Source: Torpedo marmorata (taxonomy: Eukaryota). From it: 64,000 nucleotides of DNA. Of the stretch, positions 33,195-44,568 are shown in pieces (position 1 is the first letter of the stretch; each line of letters begins with the position of its first letter). The notes below the pieces were generated by a model. It had not been told where the DNA came from, ran no database searches, and saw only the letters and a program-made list of their open reading frames with translations. The stretch is from the NCBI GenBank assembly GCA_977017645.1, contig OZ360236.1:48980001-49044000 (forward strand). Reading direction: 5' to 3'. The translations under genes and the position numbers were made by a program.

Positions 33195-33610
33195 ATCAGA
33201 ATCTGGTTTAATTGTCACGAAGTTTGTTGTTTTGCAGCAGCATTATTGGGCATTACATGTGCAAAAATGCTATAAATTACATCTCTGTGAATACACTATT
33301 TAATAAATAAATAAATTAGTGCAAAAGAAGAGAAAAGGGTAAGGTAGTGTCGTTCATTGTCCATTCAGAAATCTGATGGCAGAGGGGAAGAAGCTGTCCT
33401 TGTGCCGCTCGGTGTTCGTCTACAGGTTCCTGTACCTCCTTTCTGATGGTAGCAGTGAGAAGAGGGCATGGCCTGGGTGGTGAGGGTCCTTGATGATAGA
33501 GGCTGCTTTCTTAAGACACCGCTTCTTGTAGATGTCCTTAATGGAGTGAAGACTAATGCTCATGATGACGCTGGCCGAGCTCTCAACTCTCTAGCCTTTC
33601 CTGTCCTGCC
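33195..33610 (-). mobile_element. Rex1 3' fragment
   Basis: Antisense to IIKDPHHPGHALFSLLPS coding, plus the tail. Confidence 0.8.
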
Positions 33611-34600
33611 CTGATGAGGGCAGAGTTGTGGATGTTGTCCATATGGACTTTAGCAAGGCTTTTGACAGGTTCTGCAAGCCAAACAAGTCTAGAAGGTTAG
33701 ATCACATGGAATTGAAGATGAGCTGGCTAATCAGACTCAAAACTGGCTTGGAAAAAGGAATTAGAGGGTAGTAGTGGAGGGTGTCTTTTCTGATTGGAGG
33801 CCTGTGCCCAATGGTGTGTCACAGGAGCTAACGCTGGGTCTACTGTTTGTCATCCAAATCAATTTATATAATGTAGTTAACATGGTTCGTACAGATGACA
33901 CCAAAATTGGTGGTATCGTGGACAGTAAGGATGATTTCTAAGTTTAGAACAGGATCGAGATCAGTTGGGAAGGTGAGCCAAGGAATGGCAAATTAAATTT
34001 AATTCTAACGAGTGTGAGGTGTTGCACTCTGGTAACTCAAATCAGGTCGGACTTAAACAGTAAATGAGCCCTGGAGAGTGTTTATAAATTAGAGGGACAT
34101 GGGAGTATAGGTGCATAGTTCCTGAAAGTGGCAGTTAAGGTGGACAGGGTGGTGAAGGTGCTTGGCACACTTGCCTTCATTGGGTGAGGTATTCATCGCA
34201 AAACTCAGGACAACATGATCTAGTTGTAAATGTCATCAGTGAGACCACTCTTGGGGTATTGTGTGTTGTTCTTGTTACCCAATTATGGAAAAGATATCAT
34301 TAAGTTAGAAAGGGAGCTGAGGAGGGTGTTACTGGGAGTTGAGGACATGAGTCATAGGGAGCAGCTGGATAGGCTGAGTCTTTATGGAGTACAGGAGTTG
34401 AGGGGTGACCTGATAGAATTGTATAAAATCATGAAAGGCATGGATAAAGTGAAAGCTCAGACTTTCTCCCCCCACGATAGATGATTTTGGAGCGAGGGCA
34501 TAGGTTGAAGCTGAGAGGGGAAAGTTTTAAGGGGGACCCAAGAAGCAACAATTTTCATTTAGAGGGTGGTCCGTATCTGCAATGAGTTATCAGAGGAAGC
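33610..34600 (+). mobile_element. Degraded CR1 RT fragment
   Basis: MDFSKAFD-, GVSQ-, DDTKIGG- and VRPLLGYCV-like motifs, with stop codons. Confidence 0.75.
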
Positions 34601-34614
34601 TAGATTTTGGTGTT

Positions 34615-35100
34615 CAAAAAACAGAAAATGCAGGCAACACCCAGTAGGTTTGGCAGCATCTATGGAAAGTAAACAGTTAACATTTTCAGGTTGGTAATTT
34701 TGCACCAGAACTGGGAGAAGTTAAAAATCACATGTTTTAAGTTGGGGGTGGAGGGGGTAAATGGAGAGAATGAAAGGGAATCCAGTGACAGGGTAGAGGC
34801 AGAAGAGAACATACTGAGGCAGACAGACTGGAAAGGTGATCCATCTGGCAACTTCAGCTTCCAATAATCTTCCTTTCCTTAATCATGTTTTCCCTCCATT
34901 ATAAGGAGTAGAGCTCTCAATTAATTGCATGTGCACAATTTTTGTTTTCAACGATTCTCCACTCCATTTTACTCGCCTCCCCATTTAATAGATTTTCCAT
35001 AACTTCAAATATTTAAAACGTTCTACAAGCAAACATATCTTCCTTTCTCCTTCCCTTTCATAGCTGAGGGGTCTGTTCCCTCCCTGATGTTCTGATCTTT
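34615..35100 (-). mobile_element. Degraded Penelope-like remnant
   Basis: Antisense Penelope-type tail at 34615-34700 followed by purine- and pyrimidine-rich tracts. Confidence 0.4.
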
Positions 35101-35132
35101 TTTACATTTCCATCAAAAACCATCGACATTAT

Positions 35133-36425
35133 CAGGTTTATGTTTCAGATGTAATAGAGAGGAAGGTTCTTTTGTACATTCTACGTGGCTTTGTCCAAAG
35201 ATATGATTTCTGGTTGAAAGTTAAAGTTTTTAGATAAAGTATTAAGAATTACACTCCCAATGGATCCTAAGATATTTTTATTTGGAGGTATTAAAAGAAT
35301 TAGTATTAGAATGAGATTAAATATGTATCAAATAGAATTTTTGCGAATTGCTTTAGCTGTTTCAAAGAAATGCATTGCTATTACATGGAAGTCTGATGTA
35401 GATTTAGGGTTAGAGAGATGGCATGCAGAACTTCGTTCAGCTATACCACTTGAAAAAATTACCGTATTTGACGGCATATAGGACCCACTGGCATATAGGA
35501 CCAACCCCCCCCCCATTTTTAGCGTGAGATTTCAGGAAAAAATTGTTTTAGTGTATTTACCTTCACAGCAGCAACACGTCCTCCTGCCCGCCGCACGCTG
35601 AGGCTCAGGCTGCTTCCCCCCCACCGTCCAAACGCTAATTGATTAACAGGTGTGACGGGACATGCGGGCGCGCGAGGGTGGGAGGGAGAGAAGCCAGGAC
35701 AACGGGCAGGGCCCAGGCCCACCGTCGTGGGGAGCAGATGATCGATCGCTTGCTTTGAGGGGAGTGCTGGACGTCGTTGATCAGGCTCCACACTGAGCCT
35801 TTGTTCGACGCGCACAGCCCCTCGAACAGATTGAATGAGGCGCGGGTGGCAGTGAGCAAGCGGGCGGCCTATTGAGCTGAGCTTGACAGGCTGCTCGCTC
35901 ACTGCCACCCACCCCCGCGCCTCATTCAATTTGCTCGATGGTTCGTGTTCGTCGAAAAAAGGCTGATCATCGAGGCCCAGCGCTCCCCTCAAAGCACTGT
36001 TGGTGAGAGTGAGTGGGCGGGGCGAGAGCGGGCGAGAGAGTGCGGGAAGAGCGGGCGAGAGTGAGTGGGCTGGCGGGAAGAGAGCGGGCGAATGCAGGCG
36101 GGTGGGGAGAGCAAACGGGAGGGAGAGAGCGAGCCTTCTTACCGGGGAAGTGAGCGGCGGCGAGTCCGGAAAGCACGGGCCACCCAAGGGAATGTGGTAT
36201 GTAAAGCTGCGGTCCCGCTTCCTGGACTCCACTTGGTGCCCAAAATAGCGGCACCAAAATGTCACCTTCGCATATAAGACCCGGGTTGGTTTTTGAGGCG
36301 ATTTTTTTTGGTTTTTAAAAAAAAGGGGGGTCTTATATGCGGGTCAAATCCGGTACTTATAATTTACGTAACAAATACCATTTTTGAAAGTATGGAGCCC
36401 ACATATAAAAACTGGGTCGAAGGAT
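35133..36425 (+). mobile_element. L1 ORF2 3' fragment interrupted by a Tc2-like MITE
   Basis: Close match to about 48845-49245 (..AITWKSDVDLGLERWHAEL..). It resumes after 36355. Confidence 0.85.
35462..36353. mobile_element. Non-autonomous Tc1/mariner (Tc2/pogo-like) element with GC-rich interior
   Basis: TIRs ccgtatttgacggcatatagga / tcttatatgcgggtcaaatccgg with a TA TSD. The empty site is visible in the L1 at about 49160-49180. Confidence 0.88.
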
Positions 36426-36494
36426 TTCTTCCTTTCCTTTTTCCTTCTTTTCCTTTCTTTTCCTCCCTTCTCTCCTCTCTCTTCTCTTCTCTCC

Positions 36495-36568
36495 TCTCTC
36501 TCTGCCTGCCCCTCTCTCTCTGCCTGCCCCTCTCTCTCTGCCTGCCCCTCTCTCTCTGCCTGCCCCTC
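36495..36568. repeat. 18-bp tandem repeat (ctctctctctgcctgccc) x4
   Basis: Directly visible in the sequence. Confidence 0.85.
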
Positions 36569-36591
36569 CAAGCGCACTTTCCAGGAAGACT

Positions 36592-37333
36592 AGCCCCTTT
36601 TACATAGAGTTTGAAAGCTGTGTGGAAAAAAATAAATAAATAAAAAATCGAAGGCAGATTGGGGGGTCCAAACTTACCCGTCTTCGATCTGCCAAGAGGG
36701 GTAGTGCCAGCGGTGGAGAGTAGTGCTCCGGGACATATCTAAAATGGTACACCCATCTTTCCGCGTCGAAACAGTAAGGGCTGATGACGTCTTTAGCATG
36801 CAATGTGAGTGCAGGAAATTCAAATTGTAGCGACTTCATCAGTACCAACGAACTCAGCATCGAGGTAACACGCAGGATACAGGCAGGTTAGATTCAGTAT
36901 AGAATTCACCATGGTTTCAAATTGGGGAGATAATGAGGTCTGTGAGCTCCTCACTTTAAGGGCTCAGGATGAGATTATTTGGCAGAAGACGGGTACAGTA
37001 AAAGATGGCCTGATTTTTGAGAGACTAGCTAAGGGAGCAGGGTTTTGAGAGGAGCAAGGCCCAGGTCATCAGGAAACTGAAAAGCCTCCGCAAGAGGTAT
37101 CATCAGGTCGTCGATCACAATGGCAGGAGTGGCAGAGGGCATCTGGACTGGCCCTATTTGGACCTATGCCACTCAATATGGGGGACCAGCCACTCTGCCA
37201 ACCCTGTAGTCCTGCGCAGTGTGAAAGGACTCACGGAGCCGGCTTTTTTGTGCTCTGTGTGAACACGCAAGCCGGCTTCCTAAGACGGGTCGTGTCTACG
37301 GGAATACCGCGGCTTTGCAGTATAAAAGGGGCT
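36592..37333 (+). mobile_element. Internally deleted PIF/Harbinger element retaining a Myb/SANT-like ORF remnant (36911-37210)
   Basis: TIRs agccccttttaca / gtataaaaggggct. Translation with one frameshift: MVSNWGDNEVCELLTLRAQDEI..IFERLAK / EQGFERSKAQVIRKLKSLRKRY..WPYLDLCHSIWG, a trihelix Myb/SANT domain typical of Harbinger. Confidence 0.8.
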
Positions 37334-37656
37334 ATTGATGCACTTTCAATTTAACAATTTTTTTCAATTGCAATTTAGACATACTGTACCCAGAGCCCAT
37401 GGCAAGCTTGTTTCCACTTTAAAGAAACCAAACGCAGGTTTTAAACAAGAAAATTACCAGATGCTAGGGTCTTTTTAAAATAAATAAATAAATAGATAGA
37501 AATTAAAAATGGCAGTGCACGAGGTTGCAGTGGCCACTTCAACTCCGTACAACGGTAAAATCTCCAACCCATTAAGATTGTGTATAATCGTGGAATACTA
37601 GAGAAACTAAGAAATATGAACTGGACTTGCGAACTAGAGAATCGGTGGGTAAGATG

Positions 37657-37944
37657 AGCCCCTTTTACACCGAGCTTGAAAGCCGGGTTTTATCCGCCTT
37701 TCGAGTTCTGTTTAAAAAATAAATAAATAAAAATAAAAAATAAATAAATCGAAGGCAGATTGGGGGGTCCAAACTTACCCGTCTTCGATCCGCCAAGAGG
37801 GGTAGTGCCAGCGGTGGAGCATAGCGCTCCGTGAAATGACTCAACGGAGCCAGTTTTTTTGTGCTCTGTGTGAACACGCAAGCTGGCTTCCTAAGACGGG
37901 TCGTGTCTACGGGAATACCGCGGCTTTGCAGTATAAAAGGGGCT
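37657..37944 (+). mobile_element. Harbinger MITE, shorter derivative of 36592-37333
   Basis: Same TIRs and near-identical terminal segments, without the Myb interior. Confidence 0.82.
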
Positions 37945-38410
37945 ATAGTTAGTTTTAGCATACTGAACGAAGGGAGCCAGACTGCAGGAAACCGCGGAGC
38001 GAATCGCTGGAGATGCATGGGAGGCCATCTGAAGCGCTGTGCGAGAAGACAGAAGCGCCGCAAGCAGGCTAGCATTGGGATTAGACTTCAATTTGACCCA
38101 TTCAGACCAGTGCTCCTGACGCTCTTACTCGCAAATGAAAGATTGCTGGAGAAGAAAATGGATTACCTGAGGCTGCATCTGAACCACAAAGAACTGCAAG
38201 GCTGCTGTGCTCTGGTGATTAGAGAAACGTGGCTCCAGGACACCATTCCACATTCAGCCATTCAGCTTGATGGCCTTGTCTCCCTCAGGGAAGACAGATG
38301 CTGCTGGTTCTGGCAAGACTCGAGGAGAGGGACTGTGAAGCGAGAACAGGTGCACAAATGTCTTTGTTGTAAAGACATTCTACTCAGCAGAAATAGAGTA
38401 TCTGTTGGTG

Positions 38411-39885
38411 GAATCAGAATCCGGTTTATTGACACGAACATGCGTCATGAAATTTGTAATTTTGCAGCAGCAGTATTGCAGAACAAGGTGCAAAAGTACT
38501 CTAAATTACAATTCCATAAATGCAAGATTTAAAAAATAAATAATTAGTGCAAATAAGAGAAAAAGTGAGGTAGTGTCCATAGGTTCATTGTTTGTTCGAA
38601 ATCTGATGAAGGAAGGGAAGAAGCTGTTTTTGTAACGTTGAGTGTGTCTTCAGGCTCCTGTACCTCCTTCCTGATGGTAGCAGTAAGAAAAGGGCTGGTG
38701 GAACCAAAAATTACAAAATATATACCGGTATAACCTTCAGGGTAAGCTGCTCAGCTGTTTTTTGTTCGTTTTTTTTTATTAGAGTAGGTTAGGTGGGGTT
38801 TTGTTCTATATGTATAATACTCTTGATGTTTTTTTTCATTGTCACCTATTGCAGTGGAGGGGGAATCAAATTTATACTGTTTGAAGTTTTATTTTAATAT
38901 ATATACATATGTGATATTGTATTTTCAATTTCGTTCCCTTTTCTTCATTGTATTGTATTTCTTATAAAAATCAATTAAAAAGATTGAAAAAGAAAGAAAA
39001 GGCCTGGTGAGGGTCCTTGATGATGGAAGCTACTTTCTTGAGGTACCGCCTCTTAAACATGTCCTGAATGGAGTGAAGACTAATACCCATGATGGCCCTG
39101 GCTGAGTTTGCATCCTCTGTCGCTTTTTCCTGTCCTGTACATTGGCCAGACAACGAGGCAACCAGTCAGAATTCTTTCCACGGTACACCTGTAGAAATTT
39201 GCAAGTCTTTGGTGACATACCAAATCTCCTTAAACTCCTCACGAAATATAGCTGCCTTCATGATTGCATCGATATGATGGGCCCAGGATAAGAATTTGAA
39301 GTTTCTTACCTTCTGTACTGCTGACCCCTCGATGAGGACTGGTTTGTGTTCTCCTGGTTTCCCCTTCCTGAAGTCCATAATCAGTTCCTTGGTCGTGCTA
39401 ACGTTGAGTGCAAGGTCATTGTTGTGACACCACTCAACTAGCTGATCTATCTCGCTTCTGTACGCATCCTCTTTGCCATTTGTCATTGTGCCGACAATCG
39501 TGGTGTCATCTGCAAATTTGTAGATGGCATTTGAATTGTACCTAGCCACATAGTCAAGGGTGTAGAGAGAGTAGAGAAGTGGGCTAAGCATGCATCCTTG
39601 AGGTGCACCTGGGTTGGTGTCAGTGAGGAGGGGATGTTGTTACCGATCCGCACTGACTGTGGTCTTCCGATGGGAAGTCAAGGATCCAGTTGCAGAGGAA
39701 GATACAGAGGCCCAGGTTTTGAAACTTGCTGACCAGTACTGAGAGAATGATGGTGTTGAAATCTGAGCTGTAATCAGTGAAAAGCAGCCTGATGTAGGTA
39801 TTGCTGTTGTCCAGGCGATCCAGGGCTGAGTGAAGAGCCAGTGTGATTGCATCTGCTGTGGAATGATTGTGGCGATAGGCAAATT
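38411..39885 (-). mobile_element. 5'-truncated Rex1 LINE (RT half)
   Basis: FAYRHNHSTADAI, LSPLLYSLYT and YKFADDTT motifs, with the tail at 38411. Confidence 0.85.
38701..38993 (+). mobile_element. Short L1/Tx1-like 3' UTR insertion
   Basis: AT-rich with an A-rich tail, flanked by an imperfect ~16-bp TSD aagaaaagg(g/c)ctggtg. Confidence 0.6.
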
Positions 39886-40337
39886 TCAGTGCAGACCTTT
39901 CTACCTGCTCAGGGATTTCTCTGCAGTGTGCGTTCTGCCATCGGCAAATGAGTGTGAAGCAATGAAGGAGCTTTATAGTGCCATCTATGAAGTCCAGACA
40001 TCCAACCCTGATGGTGCCATGATTGTAGCTGACGACTTCAACCACGCCAATCTGATACTGTTGCACCACTGTTTCAACAGCATGTCCATTTCGCCACCAG
40101 AGGAGTGAATACCCTAGATCGGGTGTACACCAACGTCCCTGGTGTGTACAAAGCTGCCCCTCACCCCTACCTTGATTACTCTGATAACATATCCGTCCTG
40201 GTAACCCCGGTTTACAGACCGCTGGCAAAACTGACAAAGCTGGTTTGCAAGGAGATTAGGACATGGGAGGGGGGTGGGGGGTGTGCACAGCAGTTCAACA
40301 GGACGGTTTTGAGACTATGGTTTGCAGCGGTTTCAGG

Positions 40338-41099
40338 CAGTGGCGGATTAACCATTAAGCTGAGTAGGCTTAACCTAGGGGCCCGGAAGGGAGGAGGGCC
40401 CGAGAGCAAAAAAAATGGTTTAATTGAGTGTACACGTGAGTATTTTTGGATGATATTTCAGCACTTTTGCATATTTTTTCATATCTGGAATATTACAAAT
40501 ATTACAAATACTATTTTGTTTTCTAAATTAGGCTCCAAACGTATAAACATTTAGAAGTAATGCTTTTAGGACTTCGTACTGCAGCCGCGAGATTGTGTTT
40601 ACCATGACGATGTTATTACGTCACGGGTTGGTGTTAACATGCACGTATACTGGTTAAAGACGGAGCGAAGCCTGTTGGAACATGAATGCCAGTATTGTGA
40701 AATCTATAAAATATGACGGTAAACAGAAACGTTACTTTAGTAAGTTCATGTTTTACCGCTCCCTTACAAATGGCGAGAAAATCAGGAGAGGTTGGCTGTG
40801 CTATTCTCCAAGCACAGGTAAGGCGTTCTGTTTTAACTGCAAACTGTTTTCAAGTGAAGACCATGCTTGATTACTCGACAATACCAGTCAGAACGTGATT
40901 ACATGAAAGCACTTCTGGAAAGGGTTGTTGCTACAATTAAATTTCTTGCTTATACATGTAGTACATTATACATAGTACAACGATATAAGTTATTTAACGT
41001 CACTTTATTCTATTCTATTGGTGGGGCAGGGGGGTAAGGTCAGGGGGAGCCTTACTAAAGCTCAGCCTAGGGGCCTGGGTGGTAGTTAATCTGCCACTG
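40338..41099 (+). mobile_element. Internally deleted hAT transposon (Tip100/ZMYM1-like)
   Basis: TIRs cagtggcggattaac / gttaatctgccactg and a perfect 8-bp TSD GTTTCAGG. The remnant RGWLCYSPSTGKAFCFNCKLF resembles a TTF zinc finger. Confidence 0.92.
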
Positions 41100-42901
41100 G
41101 TTTCAGGGAGGTGGCCACCTACAACAGCCATGTAAACATTGAGGAGTATACGTACTCAGTGACTGGCTATATTAGAAAGTCCATCGAGGATGTCATAGTG
41201 ATGGCATAGGTAAAATAAGTGAGGAAGTCCTGAAGAGAGAATACAGAGAATTAGGAAGGAAGCTGAGAAGCAGGACCTCCGGTGATCTCAGGATTACTGA
41301 CTGTGCCGCGTTCTAGTGAGGGCAAGAATAGTGAGATCAGGCAGATAAATATGTGGCTGAGAAACTGGTGCAGTGCTTCAGATTTTTGGATCATTGGGAT
41401 TTCTTTTGGGGAAGGTACACAAAATAGGATGGGTTACACCGGAACCCAAAGGGGACCAATATCCTGCCGGGCAGGTTTAATATAGCTGTTAGGAAGGGTT
41501 TGAACTGATTTGGCAGGCGGATGGGAACCAGAGTGTTTAGGCTGATGAAGGGGGAAACAGAGAAACAGCAGTAAATCAAAGATAGTGTGCAGAAAAGATG
41601 ACAGGCAGGCGATGAGACAAAATTGCAGCCGGAGGGATGACAGAGACACGGTGCATTCAAAAACTGTTCTGAAGGTATTATACTTAAATGCAGGCAGCAT
41701 TAGAAACAAGGTGGATGATCTTGCAGTACAAGTACAGATTGGAGGGTATGATGTGGCCATTACTGAATCGTGGTTACAGGATGGATGTCATTGGGAGCTG
41801 AACGTCGAAGGATACACGATGTATCGGAAAAATAGGCAGAGGAGGCAGTGTGGCTTTGCTGGTAAGCAACAATATTAAATCATTGGAAAGAAGTGACATA
41901 GGATCAGAATTCATGGGTTGAGTTAAGAAATTGTAAAGGGACCCTAATGGCAGTTATATACAGGCCTCCAAACAACAGCCAGGACGTAGACTAGAAAATA
42001 CAATTGGAAATAGAAAAGGCAAGTCAGGAGGACAACGTTATGATAGTCATGGGGGATTTTAACATGAAAGTAGATTGGGAAAGTCAGGTAGGTACGGGAT
42101 CGAGAGAGAGAGTTTGTGGAATGCCAACAGGATGGCTTTTTTGAGCAGGTTGTTGATAAGCCCACTAGGGGATCGGCTGTTTTAGATTGGTTACTGTGTA
42201 ATGAACCAGAGCTTAAGCTAAAGGAACCCTAAGGAGGCAGTGATCACAAGATGATTGAGTTCACTTTGAAATTTGAAAAGGAGAGGCTGAAGCCTGATAT
42301 GTCGGTATTTCAGTGGAGTAAAGGAAATTACAGCCGCACGAGAGAGGATCTGGCCAAAGTCGATTGGAAAAGCACACTGATGGGGAAGACAGCAGATCAG
42401 CGATGGCTGGAGTTTCTGCGAGAAATGAGGAAAGTGCAGGTCAGATACATGCCAAAAAAGAAATTTGTGAATGGGGAAAAATGAGACAACTATGGCTGAC
42501 AAGGGAAGTTAAAGCCAAAGTAAAAGCAAATGAGAGGGCATACAAGGAAGTGAAAATCAGTGGGGAGATAGAGGACTGGGAAGCTTTTAAAAGCATACAG
42601 AAGGCAACTAAGAAGGTGATTAGGAAGGAAAAGATGAATTATGAAAGGAGGTTAGCAAATAACATCAAAGAAGATACTCAAAGCTTTCTGAAATATACAA
42701 AGATTAAAAGAGGGACAAAAGTAGACACAGGTCTGATAGAAAATGACGCTGGAAGACGAGGAGATGGCAGAGGTACTAAATGAATATTTTGGATCAGTGT
42801 TCACTGTGGAAGATATTAGTAGCATACCGGACTCTCAAGGGTCTCTGGGGGTGGGGGGGGGGGGGCGTGACAGTTTGAAATCTATTATTAGCTATTCAAT
42901 A

Positions 42902-42905
42902 ATGG

Positions 42906-42937
<32 letters not shown>

Positions 42938-44144
42938 CAAACAAAAAAAAAAAAAACGAAGGATCAAAAAGCAAAGAAAACTATGATACAGTAAACTCTA
43001 CTACAAGAAGAAAAGCGGCCTACCTCTGTGTTGGGATCCTGGAACTCTGGTAATGCCTCTGCCGAAAACGCAGCGCGTAAGGACGTCGGGTGAAATTGTA
43101 GCGCTGACGCTATCCTCCCAGGGAGCTGGTGAAGATGGCGCCGGCGCTCGGAGAAAAACTACACGAATGCCGATGGAACAAACGCGCATGCGCGAAAAAC
43201 ACCGGGCATTATCAGAAGAGTTTGTTAGAAGAAGAGATGCTCCCCAGACGCTACTATATGCTGGGGAGCAAGAGACATCGTCAGAATCTGAAGGGAAAGA
43301 CAAGGAAATTCAACAGGTTTCAGAATTAGAGACAGAAGAATATGAAGTTTATCCTGAAGACCCAACAAAAGAATATATGTCTCTAAAAGCAAATCAGCAG
43401 CAAATATTACTGGCCATTACAAGATTAGAGTCTTCTATTCAACAAGAATTTAAAGAGGTGAAGCAAGATATTAGAAGTTTGAAAAGTACTGTGAGTAAAG
43501 TGGAACTTAAAGTTCAAAATATTGAAGAAGTTAAAAATAATTATGACGACTTGGTGGATTATAAGGAAAGAGTTGATAAAATAGATGATTCATTTACGGG
43601 TTGGGAACAAGAAAGAAATCAACTTTTACAAAAATTGGATCAATTAGAAAATCAAAGCCGAAGAAATAATGTTAAGATATTGGGACTTCCTGAAAATGTT
43701 GAGAAACAAGACGTAACTGAATTTTTTCAAAATTGGCTTATGCAGACTTTTTCTTTTGATAAACCAGTGGAGTTGGAAAGAGCACATAGAATTGGGAGGC
43801 AAAATCAGTTGATAGACCAAAGACCACGTCCAGTTTTGATGAAATGTCTCAGATACCAAGATGGAGAAAAAATATTAAGAGCAGCTACTCAAAAAGCAAG
43901 AGAAAACAAATCTCCACTGATGATCGATGGAAGCAGAGTGCTTTTTTATCCAGATTTAAGTTCGGCGATAGTTAAAAGTCGGAAAGAATTCAACTCAACA
44001 AAAGCAATTCTTTGGCAAAAAGGATATAAATTTTCCTTTAAGTATCCTGCGGCTTTGAGAATTCAAAGTCAAGGAGAACATTTTATTCTGTTTATGGATC
44101 CCCAGCAAGCGTATAAGCATGCATCATCTTCCTTATTTGTTTAA
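42902..44144 (+). pseudogene. L1 ORF1 (coiled coil + RRM/CTD), 5' part disrupted
   Basis: LENQSRRNNVKILGLPE, ERAHRIG..RPRPVL and FYPDLS motifs. Confidence 0.85.
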
Positions 44145-44568
44145 AGGTCAAGGAGGAAATGTTCGTCACCAAGAGCAAGAGGGTCAGTCAATGCAAGTTT
44201 CTTCACCAAGTTCCTTACCAAGAGAGAAGAAGATCTTAGTCCAGATTGAAGAAGAACAAGATGATTTGAACATTGGATCAGTTAGATGAAGTTATGATTA
44301 ATAATGTTTTGTAAATCTGTTGGGGGGAGGTGGACTTTTTGTCTCTTCTTCCTAGTCATACACCACGTAGTGGCGAGAGCCACTTCTCGAGCAATGGAGG
44401 GGGGTAATACTGGGCTAATTGTACCAGTATTTTTTCTATTGGGGTTTTTCTTTTTCTTTTTTCTTTTCTTATTTTTCTCTATTTTATCTAAGGGGATGCC
44501 AAATAGTTTACAATTTTGGAGGAAAAAGCTAGTGGATTTGATTGAAAGAGATTTGATAGAATTTAATT

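Noticed and set aside
35519-36265. 248-aa minus-strand ORF as a novel gene
   Set aside because: It lies wholly within a GC-rich MITE, is low complexity and has no recognisable domain. Stop-codon depletion is explained by GC content.
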